Source: Bugula neritina (taxonomy: Eukaryota; Animalia; Bryozoa). From it: a DNA stretch of 64,000 nucleotides. Made by a program: the position numbers and the translations under genes. Positions 38,401 to 50,400 of the stretch are shown here, one piece after another. Position 1 is the first letter of the stretch; each line of letters starts with the position of its first letter. The stretch lies in NCBI GenBank assembly GCA_964035545.1, contig OZ037768.1, forward strand, positions 7,100,741-7,164,740, written 5' to 3'. The notes under the pieces are model-generated. The model ran no database searches and had not been told where the DNA came from. It was given only the letters and a program-made list of their open reading frames with translations.

Positions 38401-41400
38401 AGATTGTATATTAAAAATTGTAGTTGGCACAGCACCCCAAATTAAGAAGGAACTCAGCGATGTTTCTGTTATTTTGGAAATGCCAGTAACTTTGAAATGC
38501 TCGTATGACAATGGCGGTCTGGATACAGAAGTCAAATGGTACAGAGGTAACAAGGAGATCTCAAAGTCTAGGAAGTATCAGCTATCTCAAACAGGCCGGG
38601 AGGCTACTTTGACTATTAAAGATGTTCAGACTGCTGACTCGGCGCAATACACCTGCCTGATCTCTAACTCAATTGGCAAAGCGTCATCTGCTGCTAAAGT
38701 TACCGTCAGCGGTAGGTTATACGCTGATGCTGTCATGCAATAATAGTATTATAACATAAATAAAGTATACAACAGAAGGTAATCACAACGATTTGTCAAA
38801 TGGTTATCACAATCAGAGATTGGTTCTTCTACTAGGCTATATACCATGGGGAAGTCTTAAAATCCTTACATTTGTACTTTTAGTCAAAAACCACATTCTT
38901 TTTCTCAGAGGGGATCTTTGAAGTACTAACAGAGACTATATTTAAGCTCTTGTTGAGTTTTTTTAACCAAACAAACGCTGTCATTGAGTTTGTTTTCTAC
39001 CAAATACTCCATTCGGATACCTCTCAGTTTATTATTAATCTAGTACTAAAAATATCTCCTGATTTATATTAGATAAAGACAAAAACAAGCGCACAGGTAA
39101 CGTTTACTTGCCAACACGATATGCACTTGGCTTTATGTAACAGCTGGTGCAAGCATTTACTTTAACATATTTGTTTATTTTATCAGCTTTGTAACTATCT
39201 GGTGTGGCAAGCAAAATGTTCAACGTGCTTACGCATTAACTTAACAATTAATATATATATTTTATGCTTCTGCAGCCTCACTTGTAAAGTCATGTATAAG
39301 TGCACACGTCAAGTTTATATGTATATTTGTTATCATTTTAAATTTGCATGATTTCTGTGAAAATAACAACCTACTGCATGCTAATTAACAACCGCAGTTT
39401 GTTTGTACTTTTCATTTTCATTTAAATGTATCATTACGTTTATTAGACTATTTGATTAAATTATAATTTAATCTGTGTTTCCAGAGCCACCTCAAGTACA
39501 CTTTGACAATCTGCCTTCAGCCGGTGTGCAGATTAGAGTTGGTGGTAAGCAAACCATCTCTGCCACTGTGTCCGGTACTCCTTTCCCTCAGGTTTCTTGG
39601 TACAAAGATGGTAAACCCCTAGAGCCATCTGTTGCCAAGACTGAGGTTGGTGAATTCAGCACCCACATTATCTTCACTGATGCAGATATTGAGGCTACAG
39701 GCAGCTACCGAGTTGCAGTGGCCAATGAAGCTGGCTCCAGTTCTGCAGATGTATATGTGACCGTGAAAGGTGGGCAACTCCTTAAGTACAGCAAAACGAT
39801 TCTCTCTTCACTGAACTGAGTCATTTGAAATTAACTTTAGATATATCAAATAATTTGTTTTGTTTTAAATGTCAGGTAAACCTAGTCCTCCTCAGGATTT
39901 GAAAGTCTCATCTATTGACAATAAGAGGGCTGTTCTCAGCTGGTCCCCGCCTGAATTCAATGGTGGATCTGCAGTCACAGGCTATGCTATAGAGAAAAAA
40001 GATACCAGCACCAAGTCTGGTGACTGGAGCAGCGCAACAACTGCCACTGATACAACTGTGACAATCACAAGGCTGATTGAAGGTCACAGCTATTTGTTCA
40101 GAGTGTTTGCAGAGAATGAGATTGGTGCAAGTGAGCCTATCACGACGCAGCAACCAGTTACTGCCAAACTTCCATATCGTAAGTAATCTGGCACATTTAT
40201 AATGTAATTCCTATTATTTTATTTTTAAAAAATACATAATTCATTATAGTTTTTTTTTGTCTCCAAGTAAAAAATGTAAAGTTTCACATTCTCAGTTTCG
40301 GATAGTAATTAACATTTGCCTTTAGTAATAAATTTTGCTTTTTGAATTTACAAATATATTTGTCACTTCATGTTAGTTTTTTCATTGTTTGTTCATATAG
40401 GTGAACCAGGTGCTCCAGTTAATCTCTTCGCTAAAAATAGACATAAAACTGGATTGACTTTATCTTGGGAACCACCCTTAGATAATGGCGGCAATGCAAT
40501 TCTGGGCTATGTCATTGAAAGGTCTCGTGGCAATGCAGCTCGATGGATCAGGGTGAGTGGAACGTTTTCAACACTACCAATAATATGTGCTTACTTTTAG
40601 GACCTTTCTGCATCTAACACTTCTATTATATTATCGGGAAGTCTAAGACTAGCTGATAGTAACCCAAGGTCTTATTTTATATGTGTTTTACGATGTAGAA
40701 AGATATAATATCCAAAAATTATTATTTTATGTCACACTATGCATACACAAAATTAGGTTATGGAATATGTTATGATGCACATATTTTCATGCTAAATATA
40801 TTTAGTCATTCTCAAGTTTTTCATACTATAAAACTCATAGAAGTATTAGACTAAATAACCTTAATAAGTATTCAACACAGTAACAACTAAGCTACTGGAA
40901 CCCAACAAAACTGCAACCTGAGTTCTGCGTTTCTACTTTATACTCTAGAATTTGAAACTTCCAAATCTTTGTTCAATATATTTTATGATTGCCTAAAGTA
41001 GAGCAACACAGAAAAGATAGATTAAAACATACTATAAATTAATTATGTAATTTACTTCAGAAATGTTCAAAACAGTTTAAACATGATTAGTAAAACCATA
41101 CTGCTCAGTTATATCTCACTCATATTATTTCGTATCGCAGCTGAACAAGGACCGATTTAGACTCAATCAGTTTGATGTTGACAATTTGGTTGAGGGAAAT
41201 GACTATTCATTCAGAGTCCGTGCTGAGAATGAGGCTGGACTCGGTGAACCTGCAGTACTCGGGCCAATTGTTGCCAAGGCTCCATATGGTTAGTTGTTTG
41301 TTCTGTTCATTTACTTTGTAAGGTTTTCACTGCTAACTTTAGTGGGTGGCTGCACAAATAATTGGTGTAGCTGATTGACGATGGAATAACATGATCATTG

Positions 41401-44400
41401 TAGGTTGTAACTATTCCTTCTTCTGAAAATCGTGTTAAATTTGCTCATTCGTGCATTTTAAACTTACTTTCTATGTTTTATCTCCAAAAAAACATGCTTA
41501 ATAAAAAAGGGTTAGTAAATTTATGCACTTACATTGTAGATACACCGTCAGAACCTGGCAAACCAACTGCCGAGGTTCAAACGTACACCTCTGTTAATCT
41601 GAAGTGGACAGCGCCCTCTAGCGATGGTGGAGCTCGCATATCGCACTATATCATAGAGTACCGTATGCAGGGCTTCTATCACTGGAGAGAAGTGAAAACT
41701 AATTCGTCTGCACTGAGTCATGTAGTTCAGGGACTAACAAAGAATTCTGTGTACACATTCAGAGTTAAAGCCGTGAATGAGGCCGGCTTGAGTGAACCAT
41801 CTGAAGAATCTGAGGCTATAAAAGTCGTTCCAGCCGGGTGTAAGTTTAATCTCTGGTTTTTAGGCCATTTTCAGACATCTTTGTGGTATGAAACAAATTT
41901 ATTACTCAAATTGCTGCACTCATGTTTTGTTTCAATTGCTTTGATTTACTGTTTAAGACCACTTATCTACTATAGTGTATTTTAACATTTTGTAGCTTGT
42001 GAGCCACCATCTATACACTCAGTTCATAGTGGTGTAGCTAAGTTAGGCACTGAGGCTACAATATCTTGTATTGTGACCGGCAAGCCATTGCCCAGAGTTG
42101 TGTGGAGGAAAGATGGGAGAGAGTTGTATGATGGGCGAAGGTTTAGAATGGATCTGAGAAATGACGGTACAGCCACACTCACTATAAAGTTAGTAGGGGC
42201 AGATGATGACGGAGACTATACTGTAGAGGCTATCAATGACTCTGGCAAGGATAAAAAGACGACCACACTTTCTGTACACGGTATGTCTGTTTCTGCATTG
42301 ACACCTTTGTGTTTGCTTTATATAACTTATACTATATTTCTACTGTAGCTATGCTTTCCACCCATTTTAATATGATGAAACCTACAGATACTTTGGGTAT
42401 TAAGGAACAATAAAAATAGTAACTTAGAGCAAGTACAATAAATTTTAGCACATCAAGTTATTTAGGCACAAGAGTAGATCTAGAATAAGCCAAGTTGAAA
42501 GTTTTATTTTTCGGAAATGTTAGCAATGGTTCTAAATAAACTCAATTTGTTTTATTGAGTTACATTGTATTTTGTATCTCAGATAAGCAGACAATACATT
42601 TTACAGTGCAAGTGTACTCAATATAGACATTTGATGTCATAATCATGTCGTAGTTAATGATGCTATAATAGAGCTTAATGTATCTTCTTATATAGCACCA
42701 CCTGCGTTCCAAAGCAAGAAGATTTCTGAGCTGATAGAAGAAGGGGAGTCGAGGAGAATTTCTGTACACTTCACGGGATTACCCACTCCTGAATGTGAAT
42801 GGAGAATCGGTGATTCTTTAGTGCGTGGAGTACAGATCAACACCACCAGCACTCAGTCTAGTATTTACATTACTCAGGCTGCCAAAAAGCATACAGGGCT
42901 CTACACAGTCACCTTGAAGAATAAGGCAGGCGTGGCAACCACACAAGTTAGAATTCAAGTTGTGGGTAAGAATTATCAGCGATTAACTCGTTATATTTGT
43001 TTTAACAACAAAAAAGGCTACATTCTTTTAAAGATTTTTAAATATACTTTTAGTTGAAAAGTGGTTAAAAACTAATAAAATACTGTATTTAGCAAAGAAA
43101 AATGAAATAATTTTTTACTTCAAGTTGTAGGTCATATTAAAGACCTCTGAATACAAGGTCACAATAGTTTGTTTTGGTAATTTGTAAACATGTTTTTTCT
43201 CTTTTTATTAGGAGTCCCAAAAGCTCCTGAGAACGTCAGTACCGAGGTGGTTGACAGAGATACTATGTTGGTGTCATGGAGAAGGCCTGGATCAGATGGT
43301 GGGGCAGATATCACGGACTACGTAGTTGAGAAACAGGACGTGCCAACCTCGGGCTGGATGAAGGTGGCGACTGTACCGGCCAGCAAACTTAACACCAAAA
43401 TTTCTTACTTGATTCATGGCAGAGAGTATAAGTTCAGAGTGATGGCACGGAATATGGTTGGCTGCAGTGAACCAAGCGTTGGACCTATTGTGCTTATGAA
43501 GAGTCCGTTCAACGGTGAGACACAAATTCCATTTTAACTTTCAAGTATAAAGTAATTCATAATAATTATTTGTTTATAGTGGATGTTGAACTTATGTGTA
43601 CCTAATTATATAGCCGAATGCGATAAGAAGTAAGTACATTTGGCAAATAAATATGGCTCAATGTAATGTTTTAATGTGCCTCACGAAAATGAGACAGTTG
43701 TTCAAAGAAAAGAGAATTAGTAATGATAAGTTAAATAGAATATACACAAGAAATGCTTAACAGGTTTTTGTCTGCAGTGGGGTTAAGATTTACATGGCAT
43801 TTAAGAGTTCAGAAAGAGCTACCAGGGGTCTTTCCAATACACTATAATTATGAAAATGTGTTGAGAAAAATCATATTATAATGAAGTTTTAAAAAAATAA
43901 TGTTGTATATCTTATTTTCATTGAAATCACCCCTCAATTAAAATAGTAATAAGTAATTTTCTTCTTTATGTTACCTGCAAATACTATGTTAATTATTATG
44001 GCAAATATTTAAATGATATGCATTTATGCTTTTATATAGGGATACAAGCTCTCTAAAATGATTCCTCGTAGTTTTACCAGTCTGCCAGTATTCGCTTTCT
44101 GTTTATAGAAAGTATTATTGTCTTGTATATTGCTACTGTTTTATTCTTAAATTCTTCAAAGCAAACACATTAAATTATTCTCCGCTTGACCATTGTTTAT
44201 TTGGTTTGCAGATGTGGTTGACTCTCCTATTAGGCCAACAAAAGTTAGTCAAGAAGCAAGTATACCCAAGTTACCAGCTGTTAGAAAGCCCAATCCAGTG
44301 GAACTCGTACGAAAGCTTCTTGCTGATGAACTTTTGGTTCGACCAGTAAAACTTCCTGTTCAACATACGCCTCCCATCAAATCCAGAGTGAGAAGGCTTA

Positions 44401-47400
44401 AAGATAGAAAACCAACTCTTCCTACCAAAGTGATATTGCCTCCCAGACCTGTGGCTCTTATCGAGAAACCTATGCTTCTGATAAAGCCAATTGCATTGCT
44501 TCCACCACCACGACCGATACGAAAAGCTAGAGTATATCTGGAACCTTCTTATCCAACTACTTCACCCAGGATAAACAGATTGCCTCAACAGCCCAGCAAG
44601 TTTGTTTTACAGTCAAATATATACACCACTGTTTCAGAGCCTAAAATAATTAGAGATGTTTCACCTCTTCACGTGAAACCACTTCCTCCTCGGACAACAT
44701 CTATTTGGACAGATCTTTATAGAAAGCAGGCAGTTAAATTAGCTGATGAAGTTGTCATAGTGCCCGATATCAAGACTCTGCCACCAAGGCCTATTAGAAA
44801 AATCAAACCTCTGAAACCACTACCAGCGCCTGAATCGCCTGCATCTGTTCAGGAGTGGGTCGATTTAACTGATTTTGAAATGCCTGTTAGAGGAACTAGA
44901 AGAAGGCATTTAGTAATGCCAACTGGTAACAGTTTTGAGAAACAAATGAGAGATTTCACTATGGAATTCAATCAACATAGACTTGGCAGAGAAGAATCTC
45001 AAATAAGAAGGAACAGAGAAATTGTAGAGGAAAATATTCGCGAGCGTTCAATTGGCTTTGAAATGGAAAGACTGAAAAGAAAGAAGCGCACTATGAGCAT
45101 GCCACCTAGGCCTCGCAGTCCTTTGAGGGATGCTTCTTTGTTGATGGATGTTTTAAAGAGAACCGAACAAACCCGGGATATTCCCAGAGTAGTTCCATTG
45201 CCTCCTTCTAAGATCAATGAGTATGACAAGATGTTCAAGAGACAAGCTGCTCAGGCTCTTGCTACTTCTTATTCACCTTCAAATAACTATCAACCAGCTC
45301 CTCCCAGGAGGAAATTACCTGCACCTTCCAGACTTTGGATGCCATCTTCAGAGTACCACATTGTTACTGATTACGAAACCGTAAAGGTTCCAGATGTAAC
45401 ATTGCCTGTTGATATTCCTGTAACAGATGATTACAAACTAAAGATGTTGAAAGATGACATTGAGTTGAATAAACGTCGCCGTAACCAACTTCGAGAGCAA
45501 CGTCTGGATGAGCTGTACAATGCAGACTTGGTAAGACCAAGAGACTCTTACACAGAAATTGACATCAGGCATAAACGAATGCAAAGCATGCCTCCTCTAC
45601 AACAAAGTACATCTTTGCGGAGACCATCTCATAGACCGTTTTCTCCTCTTAAACGAGCATCTCCTGAAAAACAAGTAAGAAGTCGCAGATCTGTACCACC
45701 ACAGATCCGGGGTGTATCTCTTCCACCTCAAGTTACTAGAGCAAGGTATGTGCCACACTTACCAACTCAGCCATCCAAATACTGGCTGCCATCTGGAGAA
45801 TATCATCATATCACTGAGGATGAGTTTAGGTACAGAACAGCAGATGAAGGTGAAAGAGCGCACAGTCAATCTCAAGAAAACAAGAAGATGCAAAGACTTG
45901 AGGAAGAGTTTGAGAGAGATAGACTACGCCGAGAAAACAGAAGGGAGTATCATCAAAAGCAACTTGCTCTTGCACAAGAAGAAGAGGAAAATTACAACAA
46001 AAAACTTGCTTTTGAACAACAAAGGCGGCAAACCCGTCACCTCAGTATGCCACCAATGACACCAAAGGAGTATGTTAGAGCTGAGCACATTCCTAAAGCG
46101 TACGCAAAGCCAACCCCACCACCTCAAACTTATAAGCCATCATATTCAAGTGCGCATCAACAAGAGCTTGAAATAGAAACTATCACAAAAAGATTAAATG
46201 AAAATATTAAAGACTATGAAGATTCTCTAAAAAGAAGACAGCACTACGCAGTTCCTTCTAAGAAGGTGGTTGCTGCCTCCTCCATACATCACAAACCAAA
46301 ACCTAAAAGAAAGTGGTCACACTTGTACACAACTGTTAGCCAGAGGATAGAAGACCAGTCTAATGATGAAATGGAGCAGTGGGTGCCTATAAGGAAACGT
46401 AGGAATAAACGGCACTTGGTTCTACCAGCCACAGAAATGTCTAGAGTGTTGACTGATGAATCAGCCATTGTTCCTCGTGTCTTGATTAGTCATCGAAGTA
46501 CTGCTTCCAGACCATCAGTTCATGGCTCATATAATGTAGTGGAGATTCATGAGAAGAATATTGATTATACAAGGCAACCATTACAGAGGCCTCATTTTAC
46601 AGAAGACGCTGATTTTGATTCTGACTGGCACGCAATGGCTCCTCATGTTCATGGACATAAAGCAAGTACGAAAAGGAAAGAATTTACTACAAGGTATGCT
46701 CCACAGTTGCAAGCTCCCAGTTATGACAAGGAAACACCAGTTGCTGATGAATGGTTATCGAGGGGGACATTTAGTAATACCAGCTCTTCTGAAACAAGCT
46801 CCTTAGATAAAGAGAGCATTAAGATAGCTCCTTATACTAAGTCCAAGCGACATTTAGTTACTCCACCATTTTCACCAGGCAGGCATTCTTTAAAATCACA
46901 AGAACCTCTTAGTAGTTTAAGATTGAAAGAGAAAGCTCACCACTCAAAGCACACTCAAATTGAAATGGAGGTGGATGAGCCTGAACCAGTATTCCGTAGA
47001 AGACCTAGAGCATCTCGGCACAACTTAGTTATGCCTGAATGGAATCCGGGCGAACCCACTTCTGGACGAGTTACTCGCCGTGACACTCCACCACGAGCTC
47101 GTATTGTTGCATCTTCACCTCGTGAACTTAGAGGTCATTCGCTCACTCCTTTTGGTGACTCACTTTTCTCCTCACCCTCACCTGTCAGACCTGTTTCATT
47201 GGGTCGTCGGGCCAGTGTCAGTCATTTGCCCAGAGCAACTCCCGCAAGAGATCTCAGTTATGTGTCGAGCTTTGATCAAGTAACTCAGCGACGTGAGTCA
47301 TTGGAGCGGTCGGGCTCTGAGTACAGGGTTCTGGCCAGGGCTTCTGTAGAACCAGAGCATCATGTGCACCCAATGAGAGATACATTCAAATCTGCAGCAG

Positions 47401-50400
47401 AGCGAGTCAGAGAGAAGTTGCCATGGAGACAGCTGTACACTGAAGTTGTAGAGCGTGCTCATCCACGATCACAAGCGAGTGAGTATACAGTTAATTAAAG
47501 AAATTAATGTAAATTCCTTTTCAATTATTTGACAGTGTTTGTCAGCATTTTTTGTTTCAATCAATTTTAACTTATAATTCATAAAGTTATTTTTTTTGAA
47601 GTTTCTTTTTACTAATTAGCAAAACAGTAGATGCGTGTCTTTATCATCCCTTTAATTGTTTTTCAATTGAGCATCATATTTCAATCACAGCCTCATATTA
47701 ATGTACACACTGCTAGTAGTTTTTTTATTTTGCAATTTTTATAAATTTTTAAATTCATATGCTTATTGGTTTTCCTTTTATATGTAGCAACTCCGGATGC
47801 TCCTCAAGGCTTGGATATCATGGAACAAGGAAGAAGTTCTGTTGAACTCTGCTGGAGCAAGCCGGTGCGTGATGGTGGAGCACCAATTGACTCATACATC
47901 ATTGAGAGATCTGAAGGTCGATACAACATCTGGACTCCCGTTGATGAAGTCAGCTCTCTGAGGTTTAACTATAAAATCACTGGCCTTCTTGAAGCTTACC
48001 GATACAAGTTTAGAGTAGCAGCTGTTAACTCTGCTGGCATAGGACACTGGGCTACCGTCAAAGTGAGCTTATTAAATGATCTAATAAATAATAGTGCATC
48101 AAATATTATATTAAATAATATATTAAATATATTAAACAATACATTTTACATACTAGGCGTATCCTGCACCTTATGCACACAGCAACAGCTTGGTTGTTTT
48201 GATAGACGCCGTTTTTATATCTATAGTGTGATAAGATGTTATAAATAAATGAAAATTTTCTGTACTTGATATAAATTAAAATCAATAAACCTTTGGTGTC
48301 AACTTCCTGATGCACTACTATACTAGCCAGATAATTAATGTAGATGAAATCATGTTATATTGGCCAACTCTAATGAGTATGCCTGAAAGTAAACTAACAC
48401 TGTTGTAGATAATCAATCTTAACTGGGTCACAGATAAGCACATGTAGATGCACACTTGCAGTTTTACATATAGTGTTAATTTTATCAAGTATTTGCAACA
48501 TAAAAAGTTGCTAGTGTGTAAAATACAGCAAGTGTACTCCTTACCTAATAAACTAAAAGTTAGAAAGCTAAGCTGTCAGCAAACCTTTATATCTTCTTCT
48601 AATAAGTTTAAACATTCTTTTCCTTCTGTTTATTTGAATTGATAATTTTAGCCCTTTTCATAATTACCAAATTTTAATTTAATTTTTCAGCCAAGTGTAT
48701 GTGTTTGTGTAGCCATTTTGAAAATTAACCAGTTGGGTGCAACACAGAATTTTAATGATTTAAATATTGAATACTTCAGGTTAGCCAAAAAACCACTAGA
48801 CAAGCTCCGCCTTCACCATCTGGGCCGCTGGAAGCCATTAAACAATCTGGAGGGAAACTGCTGCTAGAGTGGGGTTCATCCCGAGATGCAGATAATGTCA
48901 CAGGACTGGTGTTAGAAAAGATGGAGGAGAACAAAGGTCGGTGGGTCACACTGGCCACCCTACCTCCTACTAGAAGATCCTACATGATAGACAGAGTGGC
49001 TTCTGACATCACCACATACTACAGACTGTCGGCAGAGAATATGTATGGGAAGGGACAGCCTATACAGACTTCTTACACTAACAGCCTAGGGCCATCTGGT
49101 ATGTTTCAGCATTTAGTTTTGTTTAAACTTGGTTGTTACTACAGCTAGTATTACTTAGTAGGATCAGGAATTTAGAAAGAATGTAGATTTGAATGTGTTA
49201 TTATGCAGTGAAACTGTTTAAAAACTTCTCAGTGTTTCACTTCTGTTTATAATACGAGTATTAGTCTATTACTTATAAAAAATGTAATAATATTTTTTGT
49301 ATTTTAATTTTTAAGACATTTTAAAAAGTATTGCCATGTAGTTACACAACAGTGTAATTATTTGATTCACCAAGTTTGCCATATTGGTTTACATTTCACC
49401 TATGCATGGTCTAACCAGAGATTTTTCATTTTTCAACATATAGCTAAATGAGCTAAATCACCACTAGTATTGGTATAGGCGTTTAAATAATTTAAAGTGT
49501 AGGCAATACCTTATTTTATTTTGCTATACATTTCACATTTTAGCACCACCTTCAGTACCACAGGGTCCTATACGATCATCTAGCATAACGTCAAACTCTG
49601 CTACTATTCAATGGCAAGCACCCCGCCAACCAGGGAGTAGCCGTATTCGCCGCTACATCATAGAAAAGAGTGAGGGTGGTAGACACTCGGTCTGGACTCT
49701 TTGTGGCTATTCGAGTTCAGAGAACAGAGTCTACCATTTAGCTCATTTAACAGAAGGCAAGCAGTGGCTAGTGAGAGTATATGCTGAGAATGATGATGGA
49801 AAGAGTATACCACTAGAGGGTTCTTTTACCACCAAAACAGGTAATCATGCGCTTATTTCTTATATACAGAGTTTATAGCTGGAGTGGACTATAAAAAAGA
49901 AATACAGCCAGCAATAAAATGGTGGTTTATGATTACAGTGCTCCCTCCGTATCTCACTAAGCTGCGGGTCCCAAAATCTCACTTCATGACATAGTAGAAT
50001 ACCATATTTAACTCACGATCTTTTTCGGACATTTTGTCCCTATACACACATACATGAACCACAAAACAGGGGTCCAAGCCCTTCTCGTGACCTATGAAAT
50101 TTTGTGAGAAATAGAACTGTGAGATATGGAGGGAGCACTGTAGTTGTTGTATAAACATACACCAAGTTCAATGTAGAATTACTGGTAAACTGTTGGCTCA
50201 TAAACATCTATTTGTATTGTTGTAAAGCAGACGTATGCATTTTCAGTAGGGTTTATACAGACAAACTATGCAACAAGTAGTAACCTGAGTTTGATGGGTT
50301 GAATTTTAGGCACCAGAAGCAGTAGTCGAGATGCTTCTAGTCTGAGCAGTCGCAGTGTAACTGAGTACGACACCAGCAGTCGACCACCCGTACCATCATC

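Noticed and set aside
43614-43651. Short alternative last exon (AECDKK*) with AATAAA before the giant insert
   Set aside because: Weak pyrimidine tract; as an internal exon it would be 16 nt and frameshifting; AATAAA is common by chance here.
177-48958. Many minus-strand and off-frame ORFs overlapping Ig/FN3 exons (e.g. 18732-19163, 19863-20324, 44999-45238)
   Set aside because: Antisense shadows of real exons, with no domain motifs or splice structure. Only 27406-27684 and 28196-28810 encode a real domain.
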